The position numbers were made by a program, and so were the translations under genes. DNA of 64,000 bases, taken from assembly GCF_009914755.1 (NCBI RefSeq), contig NC_060926.1; one strand, written 5' to 3'. This document shows, in pieces, positions 12,533 to 26,703 of the stretch. Numbering within the stretch: position 1 is the stretch's first letter; the number at the start of each line of letters is the position of its first letter. Below the pieces are notes generated by a model. That model ran no database searches. It was given only the letters and a program-made list of their open reading frames with translations, and was not told the DNA's origin. Origin of the DNA: the human T2T-CHM13v2.0 reference genome, Homo sapiens.

Positions 12533-15500
12533 TTAAATTTTATTTCGATAGTTTTTGGGGGAACAGGTGGTTTTTGGTTACATGGCTAAGTTCTTTAGTG
12601 GTGATTTCTGAGATTTTGGTGCACCCATCACCTGAGCAGTGTACACTGTACCCCATGTGTAGTCTTTTATCCCTCATTTTCTTCCTACCTTTCCTCTAGA
12701 ACCCCCAAAGTCCATTATATCATTCTTATGCCTTTGCGTCCTCATAGCTTAGCTCCCACTTATAAGGGAGAACATAAAATATTTGGCTTGCCATTCCTGA
12801 GTTACTTCACTTAGAATAATGGTCTCCAACCCCATCCATGTTTCTGTGAATGCCATTATTTAATTCATTTTTATGGCTGAGTAGTATTTCATGGTATATA
12901 TATTTTCTTTCTTTCTTTTTTTTTTTTTCTTTTTTGGAGATGGGGTCTCCCTGTGTTGAACAGGCTGGCCTCGAACCCCTGGCCTCATATGATCATCCCA
13001 TCTTGACTTCCTAGAGTGCTAGGATTACAGACATGTGCCACTGCACCTGGCCACCACGTATTCTTTATCTACTCATTGGTTGATGGGCCTTTAGACTGGT
13101 TCCATGTTTTTGCAATTGTGAATTGTGCTGCTATAAACATGCATGTGCAAGTGTCTTTTTCATATAGTGACTTCTTTTCCTCTGGGTAGATACCTGGTAG
13201 TGTGATTGCTGGATCAAATGGTAGTTCTACATTTAGTTCTTTAAAGAATCTCTATACTGTTTTCCATAGTGGTTGTGCTAGTTTACATTACAATCCCACC
13301 AGCAGTGTAAGTATTCCCTTTTCACCACATCCATGCCGACATGTATTATTTTTTTATTTTTAAATTATGGCCATTCTTGCGGGAGTAAGATGGTATCTCA
13401 GTGTGGTTTGATTTGCATTTCTCTGATAATTAGTGATGTTGAGCATTTTTCATATGTTTGTTGGCCTTTTGTATATCTTCATTTGAAAATTGTCTATTCA
13501 TGGCTTTTGCCCACTTTTTGATGGGATTGTTTGTTTTTTTCTTGCTAATTTGTTTGAGTTCCTGGTAGATTCTGGATATTAGTCCTTTGTTGGAAGCATA
13601 ATTTGCAAATATTTTCTCCTACTCTGTGGGTTGTCTGTTTACTGATTGTTTCTTTTGCTGTTTAGAAGCTTTTTAGTTTAATTAGGTCACATCTATTTAT
13701 GTTTGTTTTTGTTGCATTTGCTTTTGGGTTCTTGGTCATGAACTGTTTGCCTAAGCCAATGTCTAGAAGGGTTTGTCCGAGTTATCTTCTACAATTTTTA
13801 TGGTTTCTGGTCTTAGATTTAGTTCTCGATCCATCTCGAGTTGATTTTTATATAAGGTGAGAGATGAGGATCCAGTTTCATGTGGCTTGCCAATTATCCC
13901 AGCACCATTTGTTGAATAAGGGTGCCCTTTCCCCACTTTACATTTGTGTTTGCTTTGTCAAAGATCAGTTGCCCATAAGTACTTGGTTTTATTTCCGCGT
14001 TCTCTATTCTGTTCCATTGGTCTCTGTGCCTATTTTTATACCAGTACCATGCTGTTTTGTTAACTATAGCCTTGTAGTATAGTTTGAAGTCAGATAATGT
14101 GATGCCTCCAGATTTGTTCTTTTTGCTTAGTCTTGCTTTAGCTATGTGGGCTCATTTTGGTTCTATATGACATTTAAGATTATTTTTTCTAGTTCTGTGA
14201 GGAATGATGATAGTATTTCTATGAGAATTGCATTGAATCTGTAGATTGCTTTTGGCAGTATGGTCATTTTCACAATATTGATTCTACCCATCCATGAGCA
14301 TGGGATGTGTTTTCATTTGTTTGTGTCATCAATGATTTCTTTCAGCAGTGTTTTGTAGTTTTCCTTGTAAAAATTATTCACCTCCTTGATTAGGTATATT
14401 CCTAAGTATTTTATTTTATGTTATGTTATTTTATTTAACTTTATTTAATTTTGTTTTTTGCAGCTGTTGTAAAAGGGATTGAGTTCTTGATTTGAGTCTC
14501 ATCTTGTTTGTTGTTGGTGTATAGCAGTGCTACTGATTTGTGTTCATTGATTTTGTATGCTGAAACTTTACTAAATTCCTTTATGGCATCTAAGAGGTTT
14601 TTAGATGAATCCTTAGGGTTTTCTAGGCATATGATCTTATCATTGGCAAAAAGCCACAGTTTGACTTCCTCTTTACCAAATTGGATGTCTGTTATTTATT
14701 TCTCTTGTCTGATTCCTCTGGCTAGGACTTCCAGTACTATGTTGAATAGAAGTGGTGAGAGTGGGTATCCTTGTCTTGTTCCAGTTCTTAGGGGAAGTGC
14801 TTTCAGTGTTTTCCTGTTCAGTATAATGTTGGCTGTGGGTTTGTTATAGAGGACTTTTATTACCTTAAGGTATGTCCCTTCTATGGCCATTTCGTTGAGG
14901 GTTTTAATCATAAAGCAATGCTGGATTTTGTCAAATGCTTTTTCTGCATCTATTGAGATGATTTTTGTTTTTGATTCTGTCTGTATGATGTATCACATAT
15001 ATTGACTTGCATATGTTAAACCATCCCTTCATCCCTGGCACGAAACCCACTTGATCATGGCGTATTATCTTTCTGATATGCTGTCAGATTCCGTTAGTAT
15101 TTTCTTGAGGATTTTTGCATCCATGTTCATCATGGATATTGGTCTGTAGTTTTCTTTTTTTGTTATGTCCTTTCCTGGTTTGGATATTAGGGTGATACTG
15201 GCTTCATAGAATAATGTAGGGAGAATTCCCTCTTTATCTTTTGGAATAGTTTCAGTAAGACTGATACCAGTTCTTCTTTGAATGTCTGATAGAATGCAGC
15301 TGTGAATCCATCTGGTCCTGGACTTTTTTGTTGTTGGCAATTTTTTATTGTTTCAAGCTCTCTACTTGTTATTGGTCTGTTCAGAGTTTCTGTTTCTTCC
15401 TATTTAATCTAGGAGGGTTGTATATTTCCAGGAATTTATCCATCTCCTCTAGATTTTCTAGTTTGTGCACATAAAGGTGTTTATAGTAACCTTGAATGAT

Positions 15501-16116
15501 CTTTTGTATTTTGTGGTATCGGTTGTAATGACTCCTGTTTCATTTCTAGTTGAGCTTATTTGGATCTTCTCTCTCTTTTCTTGGTTAATCTAGTTAATGG
15601 TGAATCAATTTTATCTTTTCAAAAAACCAGCTTTTTGTTTCATTTATCTTTCACATTGTTTTCTTCTTTCAATTTCATTTAGTTCTGCTCTAATCTTTGT
15701 TATTTCTTTTCTTCTGCTTGGTTTGGGTTTGGTTTGTTCCTGTTTCTCTAGTTCCTTGAGGTGTGACCTTAGATTGTCTATTTGTGTTCTTTCAGACTTT
15801 TTAATGTAGGCATTTACTGCTATGAACTTTCCTCTTAGCTCCACTTTTGCTGTAATCCCAGAGGTTTTGATATCACTATTATCGTTTGGTTCAAAGATTT
15901 TTAAATTTCCATCTTGATTTCATTGTTGACCCAAAGATCATTCTGGAGCAGATTATTTCATTTCCGTGTGTTTATATAGTTTTGCGGGTTCCTTTTGGAG
16001 TTAATTTCCAGTTTATTCCACTGTGGTCTGAGAGGATACTTGATATAATTTTGATTTTCTTAAATTAATTGAGACTTGTTTTGTGACCTATCATATGATC
16101 TATCTTGGAGAATGTT
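12533..16116 (-). mobile_element. 5'-truncated older primate L1 (ORF2 3' half plus 3'UTR), antisense to ANKAR, with an internal Alu monomer at about 12905-13052
   Basis: Minus-strand ORF2 peptides ([19 protein letters not shown]; ENYRPIS); TSD-like gccattttt(a/t)aaattt at about 12517 and 16119. Confidence 0.9.
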
Positions 16117-17384
16117 AAGCCATTTTTTAAATTTAAAGGTAATTTATCTGGATCAAGGTGATGCCAAGAGCTTTGTGAAGATCTGAGGTCCACGGAGGTT
16201 AAGGATCAGCAAGAGTGCTTGGTAGTTTCCAACAGCGGTAGAGCCTTGACATTTCTGACGAAATTGTGTTTACTTTTGTTTCCCTTTTTACAAATTTACC
16301 TGAGGCTCTCATTTGAGAGGACGTGGGACTGATGAGCCATCATTCTGAATGGGCATATGCCAAACTGGTAAAGAAACAACAAGCTCTTTTTAGATCCAGA
16401 TATCTAGATGGAAACTTTCAGTATAGAAGTCAAATTCTAGAAAGTGATAAAGGTTAGATACATATTGATTAATCATCCACATGTTAAAGCCACGAGAGCC
16501 TTTGGATCATCCAGTTAGAGCACCAGTAGAGACCTGATCATGGCAGGAAGGAGCACATGTCCTGTTGTGTAACTAAGGGAAGAGGGCTCTTGCTTACTTG
16601 ATGACAAAGTTAGTTACATCAAGCCACTTCATGGCCCAGGATCTGGTCTATTTCACCCATCTGTGTGTCATATCTGAGGTTGCCACCCTCTATGAGGATT
16701 CCCTTGCAATGGTGCACCTGGTAAGGGGATCAGAGACACATAGGAACATTCTAATCAAGTTGTAGGTGGAAACAGAGAGCACCAAAGGACTAATGCTGTC
16801 TGCTTTCTACACCTACGTTTTCAGGGTTGATACTCAAAACACTTAACCACCAGCACAGTATTGGCACTGAGCAATCAGAATGGACGTCAGCCATAATGCT
16901 GGAGCAGGGTCTCAGAGACCTCCTGCTTGTCATATTTACCCTTTTCTGGATCATGGAGCTTTTCAGGTGATCCCTGGGGAGGGAGGTATTCAATGAGCTT
17001 GGGGCTGCAGCAATTCAGTTTGCCAATTGAGGGTTCAGTATTTTAACAATGTGGTGTTATTGTTGCATATTAGCTAAATATCAGTGCTTTCCTGATATGA
17101 AACTTATGTCTTGAGTTTTGTGATTCTACTTTTAAAATATCTCTCAAAATCATCTACTTTGGCTTATCTCTACTGCAACACTGTAGTACAGAACACCCTT
17201 TTCCACTGCAACAGCATTCTGACTGCTCTCTGCCTCAAACCTTTTAAAAATTGTTCTTAAATGAGGCTGGGAACCTTAACAAATCCAGTCACTCTACTAT
17301 CATGTGCCTGGGGATAGTGCTGGGTGTGTTTACAATAGAGTGCTTAATACTGTTGGCTCCTGGCCAATCAAAGATGAGCATCAA

Positions 17385-17566
17385 AACCATGCATGGTGGA
17401 ATGTATCTTTATTCCCAGCTACTCAGGAGGCTGAGGCAGGAGAATTACTTGAGGCCAAGAGTTTGAGGCTGTAGTGTATTATGTTTGCACCTGTGAATAA
17501 CCACCACTCTGCAGCCTGGGAAACATAGTGAGACCCCCATCTTTTAGGAAAAAAAAAAGAAAAAAA
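17385..17566 (+). mobile_element. Alu monomer (FAM/FLAM-like)
   Basis: 7SL-like cacctgtgaataaccaccactctgcagcctggg plus A tail. Confidence 0.75.
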
Positions 17567-17905
17567 GATGAGCATTACACCTAGTAGAAATATTTTTTTC
17601 TCTCTCCACTGCACATTGGGTGTCTGCTTCAGAAACTTCAACAATGTGTGGTGCAAGCAGTGGTAAATGACCACCAGCATACATACTAGACCTACTGAAG
17701 TAGTTTATAGGGGGAATCTCACGGTGGCAGTAGCAGGAATAGGCACAGGTTTCCCCATCATGCACCACACCTGGAGCACCACTGTGAAATCCTACAGGGC
17801 CAATGGTCAGACTCTAAGAAAGGGACCTGAACCATTGGGCTACAGGGCTTTTATGCTACATGATTAAAGAAGCATCAGGTCAGAGGACAGGATACAATAG
17901 CAAGA

Positions 17906-18790
17906 TGTTTTAGCCTAGGTTACACTCCAAATTGCATCAGAAACAAGGACGTGAGTCAAGTTAGTTTTTGAGAAATGATTCCAAGGAACAGGAGTGAGGG
18001 ACAGGAAAAGTGAATAGAAAAGGAGGGAGCATCAACCCAAGAATGTGCTGTCGAGCTTTTTCACCACTTGGGCAATTGGGATTTATTTTGCTGGGACACT
18101 CTGAGGAGTCATATAGAATACACTGCAGAATTGCCAGCCTAAGGGATGTGCTATGGTCTGAATGTTTATGTCTCCCCAAAATTCAAATGTTGAAACCTAA
18201 TCACCAATGGCATTAGGACATGGGACCATTGGAGGGTGATTAGTTCATAAAGGCAGACCCCTCATGAATGGGATTAATGCCCTTATAAAAGAGGCCCCAG
18301 AGAGCTGCCTTGTCCCTCCCACCCTGTACGGATACAGCAAGAAGGTACCGTCTATGAACCAGGGAATGGGTCCTCATCAGACACCACATCTAACTTGATC
18401 TTGGATATCCCAGCCTTTACAGCTGTGAGAAATAATTTTCTATTCTTTATAAGCTACCCAGTCTGTGCTTTTTTCTTACAGTAGCTCTAAATGATTAAGA
18501 CAGGATAGATGAGGGAAAAGTGTATCCACTGGCTGCTGTCTCTCATTAGCCGAAGTTTGAATGGAGGGTTAACTCGCTCATGCTTTCAGATTTGTTCCTA
18601 CACCAGAATGGCTGGATGGGTTCCATCAGGAGTCTAACAGCAGTGGCAGAGAAGCCTCAGGGCAAAAATAATCCTGTGGTGCACTTGAGGCAAGGTACAG
18701 TCAGGTCAAGTCTGTGTGGAGCAAAAACTACAGTTTAAAAATGTGGTCTGAAAGGATGTGAGGTAGGGAACAAAAGGTGTCTGATACACA
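17906..18790 (+). mobile_element. Old MLT1 (MLT1I/J-like) LTR with a nested MLT1A/MST-type LTR at about 18148-18502
   Basis: MLT1-like start (tgttttagcctaggtt...caaggac...caagttagtt) and end (ggtgtctgataca); inner LTR tgctatggtctgaatg...taagaca. Confidence 0.6.
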
Positions 18791-19817
18791 GTGTGACTCA
18801 TGGAAACTTGGCTGCAGCCCTTTCTTCCAAGCTTAGTGTTAGAGATTGAGGGAGTGTACCACCTCTCCCCTGGCATGATCAGAGAGCTGGTGTCCAAGCT
18901 TTGTAATTGCAGGTACATGGTGTCAAGCTAGCAGCAGTGTAAGTTGTTATATCACCATTCACGTTTGGGAAAACAGCAGCTCCTCTGTTGGCATGACTGG
19001 GAAACTGTGTTCACACCTTGCAACTGACCATGTGATTACCTTAAACACTGTGCTACAGTGGATTTCCAAGGAATTGTGCAGAAAGCCAACTCTTTTTCAG
19101 AGGGCAGACTGCTGGGAATCCGTCTTGGCCAAGTTAACCTTTATCTCTCACATAGCTTTGCACTCTACAAACCACCAGCAACATCATTCTTTAAAAACAG
19201 TAGCAATAGTAGAGAATAGAGCACACCAAAAATCTGGCCATGTTACCCAGTTTTCTCAGCAGGCATTTTAGTTAGGGTGGATCCCTTCATCTAATTCATA
19301 AATTCTTAGACTCTTTCCAGAAGGCTAGGAGGATGGAAGGAAAGAAGAAAACATCTCATGATAGCAAAATAGGAGAAGGGAACTTTTAATAGAAATATTG
19401 AGAAAAAATGGGAACTTATTTATTATCACAAGCGAGTAATGTGAGTTGGGTTGTTTTTTTCTCTGTTCATTCCCTGTCCTCTATCTGGAATGCCTTCTTC
19501 CTGTTCACCCCACACCACTCGTCCACTTTCTTCCTAGGGTTATTGCTACTCATTTTTTGAGACTTGATTCAGATACTGCCTACTCTATTTGGACTCTTTT
19601 ATCTGTGCACAGAAAAATACTTTGTATTTTGAATTGAAATTATTGGCTTCATTTCTTTCTTCCTTATTAGACATTAAGCTCATTCTTGAGAGCACAGAAA
19701 ATTGTGTCTTTTTTGGTTTGATTTTAAATTCTCAGCACCTTATACAGTGCATGACTTATAGTAAACTTTCAATACATATAGAAATTAAATGGGTAATAAT
19801 AGAATATAAGGGAATTG

Positions 19818-20091
19818 GTTGGGCACAGTGGCTCACACTTGTAATTCTAACACTTGAGGAGGCCGAGGTAGGTGGTTCGCTTTAGCTCAGGAGTTCGAGA
19901 CCAGGCTCTACAAAATATACAAAAATTAGCCAGGCATGGTGGTGCACGCCTGTAGTCCCAGATGCTCGGGAGGCTGAGGTGGGAAGATCACTTGAGCCCA
20001 GGAGGTTGAGGCTGCTGCCGTGAGCCAAGATCATACCACTACACTCCAGCCTGGGTGACAGAGACCCTGTCTCAAAAAAAAAAAAAAAAAA
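19818..20091 (+). mobile_element. Alu (with an opposite-strand partial Alu at about 20255-20455)
   Basis: Alu consensus. Confidence 0.9.
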
Positions 20092-20252
20092 TAGAGGTTA
20101 AAGCTGTGGAAACTTTTGTTTCCCCTCATTCCCCTCATCCTCCAAATTTCATTTGATCCAATTTTTTATTAAATTCTTTTTTATTATTTACTTTCCTATG
20201 ACTGTACATATTCCTTCCAGCTAATTTACATAATGTGCACTTTGTTTTCTGA

Positions 20253-20372
<120 letters not shown>

Positions 20373-22069
20373 TGAGTAACTGGGACTACAGGAACTTGCC
20401 ACCATGCCCAGCTAATTTTTTTGTTTTTTATTTTTTGTAGAATGTTGTCCCGGCTGGGACATTTCCTTTCTTTAATAACTTTCTTTTTCTTTTTTTTTTG
20501 CTTCTGGTCCTTGATTCAGGGAACATTATTTTTCATGATATGAACAATCGTGGTTTTTTTTTCCAGTAGCTAACTTCTCCATGTACTTACTACTAATTCA
20601 GTTCCAGTCTTTCAAAGGGAAATATTGAATTCTTCTTGATAAAAAAATGGGATATGAAGTTCCATTTTTTCCTTAGAGATGTCTCTCTTGATAACTTCAT
20701 CCTCTTCCTTTTGTCAGAACTCATTGCTTTAAGCCCACTTCACCTTCCTTTAGCACCCCTCCCTGCCCCTGGCCCAGTAATTCCAGTGCTTCTTTCATCT
20801 GAGAGGCTCTCCTCACCTGCCTGGCGATCCTTGCTGCTTGTTTTCATTTAGGAGTGAGGCAGGAACGCTGGCAGACTTCACTGTAGAGTGATGAGCAGGA
20901 ACCCCTGACATTCCACTGGGAAGCCTGTCCCCCAGATGTTGTATCTGCAGGTGTGTTTCCTCCAGTATCCTGCTTGGAGGGAGGGCTGTGAGTCAGGGGC
21001 CAAAGGAGGGGAAGTGCTGAACTGTGGATATCTTGGTTCAGCACTCAGACTCTCATTTAACTAGTTTTCAGCACAACTGCTCCTCCCAACCCTCAGCTGT
21101 GCTTTGTACCCTTTTAGTGAGGAAGAGGAGAAGGGCTGTGCTATCTGGGGAAGATGATCTAGGGATCTCACTACACCTTTTCTTTTAAAAAAATTCTTGC
21201 ACCATGGCCTGTCCTTCACAGCCTCCACATAATGCTTTCAGTCTCTAAGGCTTCTTGTGGTTTTTGTTGGCTCCCAGCCACCCCAAGCCATGAGGTTTTA
21301 GTGCTATCAACAATCCCTCTGGCTTTTTAGACTTCTTTAAACTGCCAGAATCCCTTTCATTTCTTTGTAATTTATCTAACTATTTTGCAGAAAAGAGATG
21401 AATTATAGTGGCCATTTTAAAAACCCAAGAGTATTCTGGCCTTTTTAAAAAAAAGATTTGAGAAAGAAAAAAGAAAAAGAAAGGAGGGGATACATTGACA
21501 TATCATTTACACTTTAGAGCATATATATTACAAACAAATGCCACATTTTCTACAGTCATGTCTTACGACTACAAGCAGTTTTCTCAAGCCTAAATTAAGG
21601 GTAACATTGTAGATATAACTATCTTAAAAAGACTATTTGACAAGAAGAAAGTCCTCAATTTCTTTGTAAATGGCAAGAAAATGTAGCACGGGAAATTTGT
21701 CATTTTTTGATAGAGTAAAATCAAGTTTTAATTCTTATTTATTAAATGATGATTACTTAGCTGGCAGTTTCTTTGTTTATTATGCATGTCTAGCTTCTTA
21801 TTGGCAAAAAAAAAGAAATTTATAGTACTAGCCTGAAAAAACAAACTATGCTTTTGGCCCAAGTGAGAAGCTGATACCCTGGTTAAAGAAAAATCACGTT
21901 TTCTTGTTGTTTCATATTTTCCTTGATCAAAGCTGGGACTTATATTGTATCTGTATTCACTTTCCTTAGTAACCTACTCATCTGTCTGCTTTTATCTTAC
22001 ACAATTTTATTGGCATTGTTAACTTAAGAATCATGAGATTTATAAATTTGGAAACGAGACTCTTTCTTT

Positions 22070-23780
22070 TTTTGAATTATTTTAAATTTTTGTGGGTACA
22101 TAGCAGGTATATATATTTATGAGATATTTTCACACGGCATACAATGCCTAATAATCACATCAGGGTAAATGGAGTATCCTTCACCTCACAAATTTATCCT
22201 TTCTTTGTGTTACAGACAATCCAATTATACTCTTTTAGTGTTTTTAAATGTACAATAAATTATTGACTGTAGTCACCTTGTTGTGTTGTCAAATACTAGA
22301 TCTTATTCATTCTATCTAACTATATTTTTGTATCCATTAATTATCCCCACTTCCCTCCTGCCCCACCATTCCCTGCCACCTTTCCCAGCTTCTGGTAACC
22401 ATCTCTATTTCCATGAGGTCAATTGTTTTAATTTTTAGTTCCCACAAATAAGTGAGAATATGCAAAGTTTGTCTTTCTGTGCATGGCTTATTTCATTTAA
22501 CATAATGTCCTCCAGTTTCATCAAAGTTGTTGCAAATGACGGAATCTCATGGCTGAATAGTACTCCATTGTGTATATGTACCACTTTTTCTTTATCCATT
22601 CATCTGTTGATGGACACTTAGGTTGCTTCCAAATCTTGATTATTACGAACAGTGCTGCCACAAACGTGGGAGTGCAGATACCCTTTGATATTCCGATTTC
22701 CTTTCTTTTGCATTTATACCCAGCAGTGGGATTGCTGTATCATACGGTAGCTATATTTTTAGTTTTTTGAGAAACCTCCAAACTGTTCTCCATAGTGGCT
22801 GTACTAGTTTACATTCCCACCAACAGTGTACTAGGGTTCCCTTTTCTCCACATCCTGCCAGCATTCATTTTTGCCTGTCTTTTGGATAAAGGCCATTTTA
22901 ACTGGGGTAAGATGATATCTTATTATAGTTTTGATTTGCATTTCTCTGATGATCAGAGATGTTGAACACCTTTTCGTATGCCTGTTTGACATGTGTATGT
23001 CTCCTTTTGAGAAAAGTCTATTCAGATCTTTTGCCTATTTTTAAATCAGATTAGAATTTTTTCCTGTAGAATTGTTTGACCTCCTTATATAGTCTGGTTA
23101 TTAAGCCCTTGTTGGATAGATAGTTTGCAAATATTTTCTCCCATTCTGTGGGTTGTCTCTTCACTTTGTTGATTGTTTCCTTTGCTATGTAGAAGCTTTT
23201 TAAGTTGATGTGATCCCATTTGTCCATTTTTGCTTGGGTTGCAAAATGTGCTTGTGAGGTATTACTCAAGAAATCTTTGTCCAGACTGATATCCTGGAAA
23301 GTTTACCCAATTTTTTTTTAGTAGTTTCGTAGTTTGAGGTCTTAGATTTAAGTATTTAATCCATTTTGATTTGATGTTTGTATATGGTGAGAGATAGGGG
23401 TCTAGTTTTATTCTTCTATACATGGATATCCAGTTTTCCCAGTGCCATTTATTGAAGAGACTGTTCTTTCCCCAGCATATGTTCTTGGCACCTTTGTTGA
23501 AAATGAGTTCATTGTATAAGTATGGATTTGTTTCTGAGTTCTCTGACCTCCTTTGGTCTAGGCGTCTGTTTTTATGCCAGTACGATGCAGTTTGGGTGAC
23601 TATCACTCTGCAATATACTTTGAAGTCAGGTAATGTAATTCCTCCAGTTTTGTTCTTTTTGCTCAGGATGACTGGCTATTCTGGATCTTTCGTGGTTTCA
23701 TATATATATTTAGGATTATTTTTTCTATTTCTATGAAGAACAGTGACTGCTATTTTGATATGGATTGCAATGAATCTGTA
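22070..23780 (-). mobile_element. L1 3' fragment (L1MA-like)
   Basis: Minus-strand ORF2 C-terminal peptides ([10 protein letters not shown]; [10 protein letters not shown]) and 3'UTR. Confidence 0.85.
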
Positions 23781-23789
23781 TATTTCTTA

Positions 23790-24640
23790 TAAAGGGTTAC
23801 AGTCTTCAAGCTGGCCATTCTGACAGGCATTTCGAGGAAGAGAGGAGCAAGACAGGAATTTAAGCTGAACTGTTTGGCCAAGTATACATATTCAGGTATA
23901 GATATGTAACAAGTTATAGGAAGAGCTACGAACATTCATGAAGTGGGTTCTAACATGCGTATTGAACAAACATGCACGTTACATATGATCCATGTTCACT
24001 TTGGGGTGGAGACTTAACATATAAATGCATTACAATTAGGCCCTTATTATACGTCAGAAAGTGAAGCAGGGACTTGAAGGCATTCACGTGTACAGCCTCT
24101 GTAAACAGGCCAGAACCACATCGTGGTCAGTAGTCTTATGAGGAGAAAGTTACTGAAATCAGTCTCTTGTCCAGTCAAAGCTCTAGTTACGGCGTAGGGG
24201 ACAGGAAGATCAGTTATTCAGCATCTGTTGGTGAACGGGCCGTAATTCTTTTAAAATTGCTTATCTTGAGGACAGTGTTTGTTTAACTGTTAGAGAAAAA
24301 AGAAAAACCTTGTGGCAGTTAGAACATAGTTTATTCTTTAAGTAGAGGGGTTTGTGACTTCACCATTGCCTGGCATGGCCCTAGGTTTTCTTTATAGTTT
24401 GGTATCTTATTGCCACAAAGAGTCTGTTCTGTCAGTCTTATGATCTGTATTTTAACATTAATGCTGGTCAGTTATAGTGTCTAAACCACAAAAGGAAAGG
24501 GGTATAATGAGGTATGTCTGACCTCCCATCCCATCATGGCCAAGAACTTAGTTTTTAAGGTTTCTTTGGGGTCCCCTTGCCCAAAACGGGTCTGTTCAGT
24601 CAGTTGTAGGGAGTGCTTAGAATTATATATTTGGTTTACA
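23790..24640 (-). mobile_element. ERV1-class LTR (MER34/MER39-like)
   Basis: Reverse strand begins tgtaaaccaaatatataattctaagc; LTR-like composition. Confidence 0.55.
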
Positions 24641-24771
24641 GCATCTAATTTTTCCTTTACTGTCGTGATAGTAGGATTTCATGATAAAATCCTGTGTTCA
24701 ATCTTCTGTATTTATCCAGAAGCCAAATATGAAATTTTCACTATCTAAAATTTTCCTTTTTTATCATGAAG

Positions 24772-25209
24772 GTTTGACTGATATTACAAAGGATCCAGAC
24801 TTTAATGAAATCTATGATGAAGACGTGAATGAAGATCCAACATATGATCCCAACAGCCCTGAAGAAACAGCTGTATTTATGAAATATGCTGAAAATATTA
24901 TGCTAAAGTTAACATTCAGTACCACACAAATTCAACAGTATGAAAATGTCTTTATATTTGAAACAGGCTATTGGCTTACTAATGCTATAAAATATAATCA
25001 GGATTATCTTGATATCTGTACCTACCAGAGACTACAGCAAAGATTATATCTTCAAAAAAAGATTATTCAAAAACACTTTGAGAAGAAAAAAGATATCAGA
25101 AGAGGGATAGGATACCTAAAGTTAATATGTTTTCTGATTCCATTTCTACTGAGTTTAAAGAAGAAAATGAAAGTTCCATATTTAAGTAGTCTGCTTCAGC
25201 CTTTTTCAG
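24772..25209 (+). CDS. ANKAR: ANKAR coding exon 2 (GLTDITKDPDF...LLQPFS)
   Basis: ag/gt boundaries, 438 nt open, phase 1-1. Confidence 0.92.
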
Positions 25210-26258
25210 GTAAGAGTATCACCAAAAATCAAATATAAAATATAGGTATATATTAAATATATGTTTAAATGCAATTTTGTTTCTAGTATATGGGTGCAGG
25301 CAGTAACCTAGCTATAACCTGTTAGAGAAAACAAACAATTTAATGTCTCTAATGTAATTAAAAAGACTCAGTGTATGTATATAGTACTTTGTATATATTT
25401 ATACCAATTATAAGGGCTACTGAAAGATTTAAAGTAAGTTAAAATAAGTTCTGTATGAATAGGGAAATATGCCATATCCATGATGGGAAAACACTGTGAA
25501 TGTATCATATCTCATTCAAATTACTCTATAAATTCAGTGTACTTCTATTCAAAATCCTGATGATATTTTTCATTGAAGTATACACACTTACTCTAAAATT
25601 AATATAGAGCAGCAAGGGGTTAATAATGGTCTTTCATTTCTGAAAAATAGATGGAAACATATTAAAACTACAGTAATTAAATGAGGGCAGTATTGGCACT
25701 TTAATAAACAAATAGAGCAATGTAAGAGAATAGAGAACTGAAACAGGCCATGATTAATGGAATTTGATGGGACTTCAGTATAAACTCTTCATTCAACACT
25801 GATTAGCACACAATTTATACATTTTCATTGCTTTCCAAGCATGTAGGCTTATTATAATGGGCTTTCTATTCAGATGGCAAATTTTCAGCAGAAATTTTGC
25901 AAATCCTTTAGTGAAAGTTTGTATCATGAGAATTCAGGTGCTGTGTTTTAGTGAAAGTTTGTATCATGAGAATTCAGTATCTGTGAACTATTAGAAATGG
26001 AATTATGACAGGGCATGGCTCTTGGGTGGTGGGGAGCATGTATAGAAGTAGGAGGGACTTGCTTAAAGAGAACGTTAGCTATATCTGCAATATCTTATTA
26101 CTTAAACTATGGGAAGCAAATATGACTAACGTTAATAGTTAATTCTAGGTGTTGAGATCAGGGTGTATAGTGTATATTATTATTTGTACTTTTCTTTACC
26201 TTTTATATTTCTCAAAATACATTATGTCCCTTATGTTGATTAAACCATATTCTACTAA

Positions 26259-26703
<445 letters not shown>

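Larger units (their letters stand above)
16140..19380 (-). other. Candidate endogenous Mononegavirales/bornavirus-like L fragment B, decayed and interrupted by LTR/SINE insertions
   Basis: Colinear minus-strand motifs with frameshifts: FFPSI (19346-19332), YVRDKG-WP (19154-19126), DTSSLIMPGERW (about 18894-18859), DF-SQWCS (17791-17773), SFGAL..RMFLCVSDPLT (16789-16720), LDDPKAL (16514-16494). Alignment by eye only. Confidence 0.55.

Noticed and set aside
12533-16140. L1 abutting the 3' end of L-like element B as a virus-L1 chimera
   Set aside because: The L1 has its own TSD-like flanks and is far less decayed, so it is a later independent insertion
17640-17830. Plus-strand QG-NGQ and WCKQW as RdRp motifs
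   Set aside because: Spacing is far too short; the coherent colinear signal is on the minus strand
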